In this document: in pieces, positions 1 to 9,586 of the stretch
How positions within the stretch are numbered: the stretch's first letter is position 1
Layout: the number at the start of each line of letters is the position of its first letter
From: Bdellovibrionota bacterium
Lineage (GTDB): Bacteria; Bdellovibrionota_C; UBA2361; OMII01
Direction of reading: 5' to 3'
DNA: 64,000 bases
Assembly: GCA_044345405.1 (NCBI GenBank)
Contig: JBIJBE010000004.1
Span: 2,405 to 66,404 of the forward strand
Position numbers and translations under genes: made by a program
Notes under the pieces: generated by a model
Told to the model about the DNA's origin: nothing
What the model saw: only the letters and a program-made list of their open reading frames with translations
The model's database searches: none

Positions 1-293
1 TGAAATAAAGTCCAGCGTCCCATTGAGACGCCAAGGGTTTTACTTCGCCAGCTTTCTGAGACGCCTTGAGATTTCAGCACAAAATAATCTTTCCACGCTC
101 AACCCGTTTTATATGGGTTTTTTCTCTCTGTACCCGGGCTACCGGACAAGCGGGCGGAAAGTCGACTAGAATAGCCGGCTGCAAATCAATCCGGCGATAA
201 GATGCTCATGATAAATGCGAGCGCTTGGATTGGTTTTTAGATACACGAATCCCCCGCGAACCGGAGATCGCAAAAATCTGGTAGATAGAAAGC

Positions 294-1268
294 CTAGCGC
301 GCAAGCACGTTAGCAAGCTTCGGCATGGAAGGTGGATACAACCCAGGGGGATACGGAACCGTAACATCCCCTATCTTCCACCGCTCCCGAACCGCTCTCG
401 CCTTCTGCATGAGCGCTTTGAAAAATTTAATAAACTCGACACGCACACTGCGCTTCTCTGAGAGGCACCACATTCGACGCCCCTTGCGTCGGGGGCGATA
501 GGTAGTATCAAACACCTGCGCCATGAGGCGCTCTCTTCCAAACACGCGCTTTTTCTCCTGCGCTCTCTTCCTCTCAGCGCGCTCCTCGAGCAATCTGATG
601 TGTGCAACCAACTGCTCGTTAATTTTCAGTTGTTCTTCCGGTGAGTGATAGCCAAAGGCTTCCATCCACGCGTTCGGCTCAAGGGTAAACGTCTGCATCT
701 CATCTGAGGCAGCTAAGATCTCTTCGGCGAGCTTTGTATATCCTCGTAGGTTGTTGGCATCTCGTGTGAGAGCAGTAAACTGGGGACGCCTGAGCCGCTT
801 CCATTGACGGGTAAGCTTGCCTGATTGAAACATCTTCCAGGAGGAGAACCCAGGGTACCGGTCGATCGAAGTTTCCAAGTTATCCTTGGCTGGATTCGCA
901 TAGAGATACGCTATCGCTAGCAAAGCTCGTGTAGGGGTGAGAACGATCGGACTGTCGTACCCCTCACACCACAGGGTCCGTTTATTTCGTCCCAGGAGCC
1001 CGTTAATCAAGTGGGCTGATTCGGTTTTGAAATGCCGAAAGAACGCCTCAACGTGGTCGGGGTTTATGACCACTATAACGAGATGGATATGCGTAGCCTC
1101 CACAATGATATGGCAGATTCGAACCGGGTAGAGTGCGCATGATGCAGCAAGGCAGCTCTTTACGATCGCCTGACACAACGGATTGGCTAACAGCAGCAAT
1201 CCCTCCTCGAGGCTAAACGTGCAAAACAATACACTCCCGTGGGGGTGGTATTTCATCTTCTGCTCCAT
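294..1268 (-). CDS. IS200/IS605-type Y1 (HUH) tyrosine transposase, RAYT-like, 324 aa
   Basis: Intact ORF. HUH motif in EATHIHLVIVV. Tyr-motif region AIAYLYANPAKDNL plus YPGFSSW, as in COG1943/REP-associated tyrosine transposases. Basic C-terminal tail. Confidence 0.75.
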   Translation of the reverse strand: MEQKMKYHPHGSVLFCTFSLEEGLLLLANPLCQAIVKSCLAASCALYPVRICHIIVEATHIHLVIVVINPDHVEAFFRHFKTESAHLINGLLGRNKRTLWCEGYDSPIVLTPTRALLAIAYLYANPAKDNLETSIDRYPGFSSWKMFQSGKLTRQWKRLRRPQFTALTRDANNLRGYTKLAEEILAASDEMQTFTLEPNAWMEAFGYHSPEEQLKINEQLVAHIRLLEERAERKRAQEKKRVFGRERLMAQVFDTTYRPRRKGRRMWCLSEKRSVRVEFIKFFKALMQKARAVRERWKIGDVTVPYPPGLYPPSMPKLANVLAR

Positions 1269-1353
1269 GAGGAGCTATTCGGGAAAACGAAGGAAGAGTT
1301 GCTGATAGAGGCGGAGGAAGTAGCCCCCCTACAGAGAAAGTAAGCGCTTGGCA

Positions 1354-1557
1354 GTCCAGGGAGAATACCTGCATGTGGACATGATTACTCATCCACACAT
1401 AACTACAGACGATGATGGCTTCCGTGCGCAGCAAGCGTCCCATGATGCTTTCAATTAGAAGCGTCGTCAGAGCGCGAGCTGGCAGGGGCAGTCCCCTAAG
1501 GGACCGAAAGCACAGATCATACATCTTCTTACTTCGAGGCATTCTTCGTTTGCGCAT
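1354..1557 (-). pseudogene. N-terminal stub of a second Y1 transposase paralogue
   Basis: The frame of ORF 1213..1656 encodes MRKRRMPRSKKMYDLCFRSLRGLPL...WMSNHVHMQVFSLD. It has the same layout as the N-terminus of the intact neighbour, with its own HUH, and then loses similarity. Confidence 0.5.
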
Positions 1558-1805
1558 AGTGCCTCCTACATCGAGAGCCGTGCGCAAATGTTGCATCTTT
1601 AATGCACTTAAGTTGGGCTGCACCAGAGAAGGGATTCGCTGTTCGCCGGGATACACGGGGCCCCTGTCGTGCGAACCGCCATACCTGCTCCACGGAACAG
1701 ATACTTAAACAATCCAATCCCTCTCATCCCCATTCAGCCCCTAAATGTAAAGTTGTCCGGGTAGATTTCCGAGGATATCTGGGTATTAGAGCAACAGGTA
1801 CGACT

Positions 1806-3089
1806 ATGACATTGAAGAAATCCGCAATCTTCACGTTTGGATTCACGTTGGCTTTAACGGCACTCGTGACACCACTAACTACTCACGCAGACGTGCGGTT
1901 GAAAAGGATACTAAAGATCACGGGAGGAAAGGAATATTTCACCGGTGGAGAAGAACTAACTACGTTTCAGGCTAGTACAGATGGCAAACGAGTGGCCATA
2001 CAATCACAGCTCACGGTTAGAGATAACTACACACTACCACAAATACGATTTCTCTCATCTCCGTCCGGGAAGCCTTCGTTACTCGTAAAAAGGGGGAAAA
2101 TTCTACTAGAGAGCGGGCAAGAGGTTACCCTGCAAAGGTTCGAGCTCTTCCGATTATCGCCTGATGGATTAAAAATCGCCATAAAAGGCGCACCGGAAAC
2201 TACAGGTTCCTGCTCCACCTGTGCCTTCGTAATTGACACCGCTTCGGGCAGGGCAACTGAGTTGCTAGCGGATCAATTCACGCAAGTGGCCCCTCAAAAC
2301 TATTTTGAGCTCGTTCCTCTGGCTTTTGGTAGCTCCTCGCGAAGTCTCTACGTCAGAACTCGCCAGCAGGAATATCCCTTTCCGTATTTCACGCCAGTAA
2401 CCTACATCTCGCTCTTCCGATACGATACCACTACCAAAACCACTCAACTGCTCCACCGCACCGAATCCTCGGAAGTATCGAAGTTTCATTATGTCACAAA
2501 GAACGAAGCCTTCGCGCTGGGGCTACGGGAAAGAGATACGGATACCAATACTCCTGCACTGTACCGGATCGACTTAGCGACTGGCGCCGAAACCTTGATA
2601 TTTGCGAGAAAGGACCTCGAAGTATTGGTCGGCTTGTGGCTAAGTGAAGATGGCGAGACAGCGATGGTGAGTACTGATGATCGTCTAGCGGGCGGATGGG
2701 TCCCTAAACTCATACGCGTTCAAGCCGAAAAAGAAACGGTTATCACCTGCAAAGACAAGCGAGGTCGCTACTCATCCAAGCTGAATTCGCCGACCGTCAG
2801 CACGGATGGCCGATTTGCTACCTTCAACGCCACTAATAACGCCTCTGAGGGAGAGCAAGGGCCGATGAATCATGAGGTCGGGGTACTGAATCTCTCAACG
2901 GGCTCCTGCGCCTACCTGGGAGAAGGCTCTCGCTTCCTAAGTAACGATGAGAGTGCACTTGCGGGAGACGGAAGCAGCTTGTTTTTCGTCCAAAGACTCC
3001 GTAAGCCCGGCTCTGACCAGACGCTTATGACGACACTCTTCTCAACTGCGACCGCGGGGGTTTTTAGAAGGGGAGTAAAGATCAAATAG
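1806..3089 (+). CDS. secreted TolB-like / PD40 beta-propeller repeat protein
   Basis: Internal ATG at 1806 gives a signal peptide (MTLKKSAIFTFGFTLALTALV...HA). Recurrent S(P/T/E)DG-x-x-hydrophobic repeats (STDGKRVAIQ, SPDGLKIAIK, SEDGETAMV, STDGRFATF). Confidence 0.55.
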   Translation: MTLKKSAIFTFGFTLALTALVTPLTTHADVRLKRILKITGGKEYFTGGEELTTFQASTDGKRVAIQSQLTVRDNYTLPQIRFLSSPSGKPSLLVKRGKILLESGQEVTLQRFELFRLSPDGLKIAIKGAPETTGSCSTCAFVIDTASGRATELLADQFTQVAPQNYFELVPLAFGSSSRSLYVRTRQQEYPFPYFTPVTYISLFRYDTTTKTTQLLHRTESSEVSKFHYVTKNEAFALGLRERDTDTNTPALYRIDLATGAETLIFARKDLEVLVGLWLSEDGETAMVSTDDRLAGGWVPKLIRVQAEKETVITCKDKRGRYSSKLNSPTVSTDGRFATFNATNNASEGEQGPMNHEVGVLNLSTGSCAYLGEGSRFLSNDESALAGDGSSLFFVQRLRKPGSDQTLMTTLFSTATAGVFRRGVKIK

Positions 3090-3116
3090 CTGCTCAGGAG
3101 TCCACAACCCTCACCA

Positions 3117-3239
3117 CTGGTACACCCTACTCCTCAAAGGTAGGTTAATTAGTTGATATGCACGGTGGCGGAAACTATTTCAGATTTGCGTTGCGGCTCT
3201 GAGAAGCTCGAGTGGCTCTCATAACGTAGGGTGTACCAG
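3117..3239. repeat. REPIN-like element, family 1 (inverted 14-nt cores ctggtacaccctac / gtagggtgtaccag)
   Basis: Perfect 14-nt inverted termini at 3117-3130 and 3226-3239. Intergenic, just past the stop at 3089. Confidence 0.7.
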
Positions 3240-3353
3240 CGACTAGGGGGGCGATTGGCTTTCACGGCACGTCTCTAGGCGCGCTCATCGTTGCCATGAA
3301 GACTGGATTCATTCCGACCGGCCGGTCTCAAGGTTGTGATGGACACTTATATT

Positions 3354-3875
3354 TCTTTCCAACATCACATGCCGAAGTGAACGCCGTAGGACTCGTGCCC
3401 CTCTCTGAGGATCCGAAAACAAACGATCGCAAAGGCTTCGAGAATGCAAGCGGATACGCTCGAGATCTGAGCCACGCCGTTCTTGCGGCGAAAGCTCTTG
3501 GGCTCGATATCTCAAGCGAGATTGGGTGGCGTACTGCCATGAACATTTCGGAGATAGCTGACGGACAGGATACGCAGGGACGAGAGCTTCTCAAGAACGC
3601 GGGGATATCTGAGCGTGCGGTCCTTCTGCTGGATCGGCACCTAAATCGTATCGAGCGGGGATTTGTCCTTCTTATCAGCGTGTCGGCGCTAGCCGAACAC
3701 TCGCACCACCTCGGGGACCCGGGCTACGGCGACCTGAAGCTAAAACTGCCTCCAGAGGGGCTCTCTCTAAAGCACCTCGTAGGAATCGAGCCGCTCTCCG
3801 ATGACGATTTTAACACTATCGAGAAGCTCCACGAGCACTATTTCCCGGGGGATAAATAGGGACGCCACCGTTTTT
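3354..3875 (+). repeat. 522-bp direct repeat, copy 1
   Basis: Aligns base for base with 6767..7288 (offset 3413). I saw only 4 differences. Confidence 0.9.
3377..3859 (+). CDS. hypothetical 160-aa protein, duplicate copy 1 (ORF could extend to ATG 3296)
   Basis: ORF 3296..3859. The part shared with copy 2 starts at in-frame GTG 3377. No recognisable motif and no clear SD. Confidence 0.45.
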   Translation: MNAVGLVPLSEDPKTNDRKGFENASGYARDLSHAVLAAKALGLDISSEIGWRTAMNISEIADGQDTQGRELLKNAGISERAVLLLDRHLNRIERGFVLLISVSALAEHSHHLGDPGYGDLKLKLPPEGLSLKHLVGIEPLSDDDFNTIEKLHEHYFPGDK

Positions 3876-4007
3876 CCTGATTAACCTCGACTAAAAGAGA
3901 CGCATCCCATTTTTTGAGAGAAAAAGTCAGTACTCCAATCAAGGGGCTACCATTTATTTGAGTAGCTGCCTGCCTTCATGGAGTAAATGAGTAGCCCAGC
4001 TACAGGG

Positions 4008-4053
4008 GAAGGGTGTACTAGTCATAGGGCTTAGACAACGTAGGGTGTACCAG
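4008..4053 (+). repeat. two direct family-1 REP cores (gaagggtgtactag, gtagggtgtaccag)
   Basis: 4008-4021 is degenerate and 4040-4053 is perfect. Lies in a convergent intergenic region. Confidence 0.6.
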
Positions 4054-4202
4054 ACAAGAGGGGGCATACTCTTTTTTCAAGCAGGTATTCATCTTTGAAT
4101 GCCTGACAGTCCCACCGCCTCGCAGCGTATACCTAGCCCGCCTGCCGGGGAAAGCTGCAACAAGCGATCACGCCACCACGGGAACGGCACGTTGCGCCCA
4201 CA

Positions 4203-6377
4203 TCACACAACTAAATGCCGCGACACGGACACCCGCGGAACAAACATCAGCACCACCAGCGCAACGACGTAGAGTACCACAACGATATACAAGAGAGCCT
4301 TTAAACCGAGAAGGAGGGAGAGGCTCTGAGCGCACGCTCCGACAACAGCGCCAAGCAGATTCCACGACAGAGCTGCGCTGGGATTCCGGGCGCTTTTCAG
4401 GACAGAGCTAAACAAAAGCCCGCTGAAAAACACGGGAACGCACGTCACAACTCCGGCCGCCACAAATCGCCCTCCGTAAGAGAGGCTCAAGAGGGTGTTC
4501 ATGTCAAAAGTCAGCAAGAAGATAAGGGAGGCGATGAGCCCACCCCCTGACACTAGTAAGGACGGCGCGCGCTTACGGGCCCATAACGTCGATAAAAACG
4601 CCATGCTTAAAATCCCAAGAATAATGGCCGCCGAAGGCTGCCATGAAATGCCGAGAAGAGCCGCCGTCCTCGATATTTGCGCTACCTCAAGCAGCAAAAA
4701 AGCTGCGCCAAGAAGAGCCATCACTATCTCATCCCGTGAAGGCAGTCCGAACGAAGGAACCGAGCATCGGCGTCGCACGAGCCACAAGAGCCCGATCGTC
4801 ATCAGAGTAGATACACCAAATAAGGGCGGGATAGACCTCTTGTCTAGATACACATACGGCCAATCATCTGTTGTTAGCTGCGGCTCCTCAACCGGTACGT
4901 CGTATTTGCCTTCGTTCACGATCGAGCGCAATTTCTGGTCGCTCTCAAGAGCCTTCTGAATCATCCCTTGATCTCCGGTCACGAGCATCACTCCACCGAA
5001 TCCATACGCAGATGACGGAATGCGAAAAACAACTGGAGGGTGTCCGGACACATCCCGCAACATCGAAGCCATTCTCGCGATTATGTACGGCTTCGAGGCC
5101 TCAAACATGAGTGTCATAACACCACCTGCTGCGAGGCGAGAAGCTACCGCCTGAAAGGATTCCCGCGTGTACACAAAGTGATCTAGTCGGGCGTTTGTCA
5201 TCGCGCCACCGGTGTGTGAATCGAGCAACCCAAAAGATATGACATCAAAATTTTGCTTGGTGCGGTACAGAAAGGATCTCGCGTCTGTCACCTCGGCCCG
5301 AACTCTCTCATCTGCGTATGGCTTTTCGGGATGCGCATCCCTTCCCAATCCGATGATGACGGGATCAATATCAACCGCGATAATTGAGCTCACATCAGAA
5401 CGTACCGCAGCTGCGGCATCGTTCCCACTGCCTGCGCCCAAGATTAGCGCGGTCTGGGCGTGGGGCCTGAATCTAAAGGGAAGGTCATAGTGGGTATATC
5501 CCTCCCAGCCGAGCGAATAAAGGGCTGGCTTGGTCGCTAAGGTCGCGGGCCGCAGGTCAAGCATAATCTGATAGCCCGAACTATTGACCCGAATATAGCC
5601 ACCCTCCATCGAAAAGGGAGGAGCCGTGACCCATGTCAGATTGAGCTTTTGATACGGGGACCAAAAAGTTGCAAGATCCGCGTCCGCCAAGCGGCTTCCC
5701 ACAACCAACAACGCCGGCACCAATGCTACCAGTCGATACCATCCTCTTCGCCACGCACTCGATTGGGTGATGACTAGCGCGCAACTTCCCATCAATGCAA
5801 GCCACCACTGCGGCCCCAAAGAAAGATAACTTGCGGCGTAAAACGCAATGACTCCGGCGATACTACCCGCGATGTTATAAAGATATGGTGTTAAGGGATT
5901 CTCACCCTTTTCAAAACAGCTCCCCACCAAGCTCCCCAGGGGAACAAAGACGAAGGCGGTGAGCGCAAGAATGTAAAAAATGACCGCTAGACCTACCATA
6001 AGGAGTGGAATGAAACGAACTGACCACTCGATCAAATGGAAGATATTCCATGCAACGTAGGACCGTCCTAGCGCGCTGACCGCTATGGCCAAGAAGCTCC
6101 AGTCTGCCACCAAACCCACCACGACGATAAGGCCTACCAGCTTGGAGAGCGCCTCACAAAAATCCTTTCCCGCTGCAATCGACTTAGGCGCTCGCAATCC
6201 AACGCTAAAACCGATAAAACAACCGGTTAGGAGAATATTCTGGAGGTAGGCGAATACCCCGATCTCCGACCCAATGTATCGAATAAGCGCAAGCTGCCCA
6301 AAGATGAGCAGGAAGGAGGAGACAAACATCAGCTGCGCCGCCCTCTTTGCCGAAATGCTGCTCGACTCAATATCCAT
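4203..6377 (-). CDS. fused polytopic membrane domain / spermidine-synthase-like (class I SAM-fold) protein, 724 aa
   Basis: Many hydrophobic segments at both ends. Central LILGAGSGNDAAAA...AVDIDP Rossmann-type motif. GGAG precedes the ATG. Confidence 0.7.
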   Translation of the reverse strand: MDIESSSISAKRAAQLMFVSSFLLIFGQLALIRYIGSEIGVFAYLQNILLTGCFIGFSVGLRAPKSIAAGKDFCEALSKLVGLIVVVGLVADWSFLAIAVSALGRSYVAWNIFHLIEWSVRFIPLLMVGLAVIFYILALTAFVFVPLGSLVGSCFEKGENPLTPYLYNIAGSIAGVIAFYAASYLSLGPQWWLALMGSCALVITQSSAWRRGWYRLVALVPALLVVGSRLADADLATFWSPYQKLNLTWVTAPPFSMEGGYIRVNSSGYQIMLDLRPATLATKPALYSLGWEGYTHYDLPFRFRPHAQTALILGAGSGNDAAAAVRSDVSSIIAVDIDPVIIGLGRDAHPEKPYADERVRAEVTDARSFLYRTKQNFDVISFGLLDSHTGGAMTNARLDHFVYTRESFQAVASRLAAGGVMTLMFEASKPYIIARMASMLRDVSGHPPVVFRIPSSAYGFGGVMLVTGDQGMIQKALESDQKLRSIVNEGKYDVPVEEPQLTTDDWPYVYLDKRSIPPLFGVSTLMTIGLLWLVRRRCSVPSFGLPSRDEIVMALLGAAFLLLEVAQISRTAALLGISWQPSAAIILGILSMAFLSTLWARKRAPSLLVSGGGLIASLIFLLTFDMNTLLSLSYGGRFVAAGVVTCVPVFFSGLLFSSVLKSARNPSAALSWNLLGAVVGACAQSLSLLLGLKALLYIVVVLYVVALVVLMFVPRVSVSRHLVV

Positions 6378-6640
6378 CTGAAAACTCCTTTTTCACGCTC
6401 AGGCCAGCCGATGTGGCACCTCTACACTCACGCCCTAATAGAACACGCGCCTCTCTTCCTAAAAAGGTGAAGAATCAATTACCGAGAACGGAGTCTAACG
6501 ACTCTTGGGAAGCTCTCGTGGTCGATTCGATTTCGATATGTTCTACCTTTTATGCACGTAGCAGCTCCGCCAACATCGAGAAAAGACGACGATTGTGTCG
6601 TCATTATGATTCCATCTCGATCTGTCGCTCGCTCCTACAA

Positions 6641-6758
6641 CTGGTACACCCTACTTTTTGAAAAACAGATTAAATCGTTGAGATCATGGGGCAGTTCTCT
6701 GATGTACGTTGCCGCCATGCCGCGTTTGAGAGGGCTTCAACAAAGTAGGGTGTACCGG
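6641..6758. repeat. REPIN-like element, family 1
   Basis: ctggtacaccctactttttgaaaa at 6641 and caaagtagggtgtaccgg ending at 6758, in inverted orientation. Confidence 0.7.
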
Positions 6759-6766
6759 AGAGTGGA

Positions 6767-7288
6767 TCTTTCCAACATCACATGCCGAAGTGAACGCCGT
6801 AGGACTCGTGCCCCTCTCTGAGGATCCGAAAACAAACGATCGCAAAGGCTTCGAGAATGCAAGCGGATACGCTCGAGATCTGAGCCACGCCGTTCTTGCG
6901 GCGAAAGCTCTTGGGCTCGATATCTCAAGCGAGATTGGGTGGCGTACTGCCATGAACATTTCGGAGATAGCTGACGGACAGGATACGCAGGGACGAGAGC
7001 TTCTCAAGAACGCGGGGATATCTGAGCGTGCGGTCCTTCTGCTGGATCGGCACCTAAATCGTATCGAGCGGGGATTTGTCCTTCTTATCAGCGTGTCGGC
7101 GCTAGCCGAACACTCGCACCACCTCGGGGACCCGGGCTACGGCGACCTGAAGCTAAAACTGCCTCCAGAGGGGCTCTCTCTAAAGCACCTCGTAGGAATC
7201 GAGCCGCTCTCCGACGAAGATTTTAACACTATCGAGAAGCTCCACGAGCACTATTTCCCGGGGGATAAATAGGGACGCTACCCTTTTT
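6767..7288 (+). repeat. 522-bp direct repeat, copy 2
   Basis: See copy 1. It begins 9 nt after the right REP core of the 6641-6758 element. Confidence 0.9.
6790..7272 (+). CDS. hypothetical 160-aa protein, duplicate copy 2
   Basis: Identical to copy 1 apart from one D to E change and one synonymous change. Confidence 0.45.
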   Translation: MNAVGLVPLSEDPKTNDRKGFENASGYARDLSHAVLAAKALGLDISSEIGWRTAMNISEIADGQDTQGRELLKNAGISERAVLLLDRHLNRIERGFVLLISVSALAEHSHHLGDPGYGDLKLKLPPEGLSLKHLVGIEPLSDEDFNTIEKLHEHYFPGDK

Positions 7289-7521
7289 TTAGATACACCT
7301 TTTCTGCAGAGCAAAAGCGTGGCCTTTTTTTCAGAACGGATGCACTACGTGGCAAGTGCCATGTTCGGGCTAAAAAATTGAAGTAAGAGACCGCTACCAG
7401 TTCCTATGTTCGACCAGTGGGAATGCCAAAGGTACGTGAAAAAGGCAACGCCGCCTTTTGAAAGTGCTCGATGGTAGGTTGCGCCAGAGGCACGGGAAAA
7501 GCTGGCCAACGAGACAGCAAC

Positions 7522-7857
7522 TCAGAGGCTACCGAAAGCGATGACTACTGACAGCGTCAAGAGTAGCAACGACGGTAGACGACGAGATGTGGCCGTGCCG
7601 GCTTTGATGTGAACAACTTGGGCACACGCCATAAGGGCAGCTATTCCAAAGGATCCGAGTAAGGTGATGGAGCGATCGCCCTGTCCAAACAGCAACATCG
7701 CGGCGAACGTTAGTTTTAGGATACCCGTGAGATCACGCAGCCACGCTGGGATCCCGTACTCCTCAAACTCTTTGACGATGTTTTTGTAGCGTACAACCCA
7801 CACAAAGAAGATTGAGGTCGCTACGAGAATCTTAATCGCCAAAAGCATAGTATTCAT
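7522..7857 (-). CDS. small DoxX-like membrane protein
   Basis: 111 aa with 4 hydrophobic helices. Pattern VRYKNIVKEFEEYGIPAWLR is shared with the paralogue at 8041. Confidence 0.5.
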   Translation of the reverse strand: MNTMLLAIKILVATSIFFVWVVRYKNIVKEFEEYGIPAWLRDLTGILKLTFAAMLLFGQGDRSITLLGSFGIAALMACAQVVHIKAGTATSRRLPSLLLLTLSVVIAFGSL

Positions 7858-8040
7858 GCGGAGCCTTTTCAGTTGTGGGTGTTCTCAAGCTAAGATAGTA
7901 CAGTTAGGAGCCTAAGCCTCTCTCTGGCACGTGGCAAGGAGGTATCCCAGCCGCCCAGCGGGGAACTCTTCTCACGCACATGATCCGGGTTAAAGCGGTC
8001 GCCTCTGGTCCGTTGAGTATCCATAAGCAAAGGACTGTTA

Positions 8041-8388
8041 ATGATGACCGCAATCGATCTGCCGACCCTGGCACTAATTGTTTCCTTCCTCGTGTACGGA
8101 ACTCGGTGCTTCTTCGCGGAGGAAATGGTTCGCGAGTTTCAGCGATGGGGCGTTGCGCGATTGCGATACATAACGGGATCGCTAGAGGTGCTTGGGGCAC
8201 TCGGGCTTATTGTAGGACAATGGATACCCTGGATAGGATTCTTTGCCGCAGGCGGGTTATCATCGCTCATGTTGTGTGGACTGTTCGTGCGGATTCGCAT
8301 CAGAGACAGTTTCTTACAAACACTACCCGCCGTGGTTTATCTGGTCGTCTCACTAATTGTCGCGTACGGCTTTGTACAATATCTTTGA
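8041..8388 (+). CDS. small DoxX-like membrane protein (paralogue, divergent)
   Basis: 115 aa. FFAEEMVREFQRWGVARLRYITG parallels the neighbour. AAGGA precedes the ATG. Confidence 0.5.
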   Translation: MMTAIDLPTLALIVSFLVYGTRCFFAEEMVREFQRWGVARLRYITGSLEVLGALGLIVGQWIPWIGFFAAGGLSSLMLCGLFVRIRIRDSFLQTLPAVVYLVVSLIVAYGFVQYL

Positions 8389-8429
8389 ACCAAGGGAGTG
8401 CCCAAACATCAAAATCAAGCGCCCATCCT

Positions 8430-8544
8430 CTGGCCCCCCTACTTCATCGAAGCCGCCCGAGCGCCGCAGCGCATATCGGAACTAGTTTCAGCGACCCTGC
8501 GGTATGAACAACGTCGCCCGGTTTTGAAAAGTAGGATGTACCAG
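8430..8544 (+). repeat. REPIN-like element, family 1, 115 bp
   Basis: Termini ctggcccccctac ... gtaggatgtaccag. Alignable end to end with 9403..9517. Confidence 0.75.
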
Positions 8545-8789
8545 TAGGAGGTGCTTCAATCCTAACCGGCGCGGCTCTTTTTGGCTCGCTCGGTAGGTAG
8601 CCCCGGTACAGTGGAAGCAACTAGCAGGTGTCACGTGCTCGCAAAATAGTAACAGAGAGCACCGATCCACATCAGATAATCGGCTGAAATAATTCATGCC
8701 AAGCGGAACTTTTCTCTACCTGGCAAGAGCGTTCAAGGCTCCATAGCCCTGTTGCTTGCCTAAGGTCAGCGAGGTGCTACTATTTCGTC

Positions 8790-9374
8790 ATGGATGCCCA
8801 CCACCATCAATCACCGACAGACCAACATCAAGGCTCTCAAGACTGCAACCTGGCTCCGGCAAAAATCACTCCTGTGGAACGCGCCCACGTTCGAATTCAG
8901 AATGAGGGCATCATCATCGTTGATGACGACGAACAGGTGCTTGAATTAACAGGAAAGCTTTGTAAGAACCTCTGGAAGCTGCCGGATGAGAAAGTTGTGT
9001 TGGTTCACGTTAATAACGATACAGCCTCGAGCAAAGTATTAGTCGAGTTTCTCAGCACTACTTTTAGAAGGCGAGTAGAGGATAGCGGGCACGGATTTGC
9101 CGCCGTAATCTCAGACTACAACCTCTCGTTCGCCGGAGAGTCTACCGCAATCTGGACAAATGTCCGCGCGAATTTTACACCTGAGTATCGTAGAAAATGT
9201 TGGGACTCCCTGGGGCGAGTGCTCATCTCTGGATATATCCCGCCTGAACTGGAACTCGGGATACGAGAGACCGGACTCTTTGATGCTATAATGCATAAGC
9301 CATTTAGCGCGCAGCAACTCAAAAATACCGTGCTCGTTTCGGTTGCGAGTCACTGTAGCGATGAGCAGGCATAA
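8790..9374 (+). CDS. orphan receiver (REC)-like domain protein
   Basis: IIIVDDDE acidic pocket, VISDYNL candidate phospho-Asp, ISGY, HKPF. No output domain. Confidence 0.45.
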   Translation: MDAHHHQSPTDQHQGSQDCNLAPAKITPVERAHVRIQNEGIIIVDDDEQVLELTGKLCKNLWKLPDEKVVLVHVNNDTASSKVLVEFLSTTFRRRVEDSGHGFAAVISDYNLSFAGESTAIWTNVRANFTPEYRRKCWDSLGRVLISGYIPPELELGIRETGLFDAIMHKPFSAQQLKNTVLVSVASHCSDEQA

Positions 9375-9402
9375 GGACGGCTGGCGCGGTGCCTAACATC
9401 CT

Positions 9403-9517
9403 CTAGCACGCCCTACTTCATCGAAGCCGCCCAAGCGCCGCAGCGCATATCGGAACTAGTTTCGCGACCCTGCGATAGCAACAACTTAGCCTGCTTTTGA
9501 AAAGTAGGCGTCACCAG
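9403..9517 (+). repeat. REPIN-like element, family 1, 115 bp
   Basis: A 53-nt block (ccctacttcatcgaagccgccc...ggaactagtttc) differs from the 8430 copy at one base. Right terminus is ttttgaaaagtaggcgtcaccag. Confidence 0.75.
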
Positions 9518-9586
9518 TAAAACAGGCGCCGTTTTCTTGCGAAAGCGAGGGATACAGCACCTATTTCGAGGCCCTATCCGGAGCAT

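Noticed and set aside
1602-1805. N-terminal extensions of track ORFs (also 25559-25696, 25766-25891, 37362-37439, 40956-41009, 45394-45573, 58732-58791)
   Set aside because: Internal starts give canonical N-termini or signal peptides, have SD sequences or ATGA coupling, and the extensions overlap upstream features.
3354-7288. Possible diversity-generating retroelement (template/variable repeat pair)
   Set aside because: No reverse transcriptase gene is present. The four differences are not adenine-specific. Whole genes, rather than a short C-terminal segment, are duplicated.
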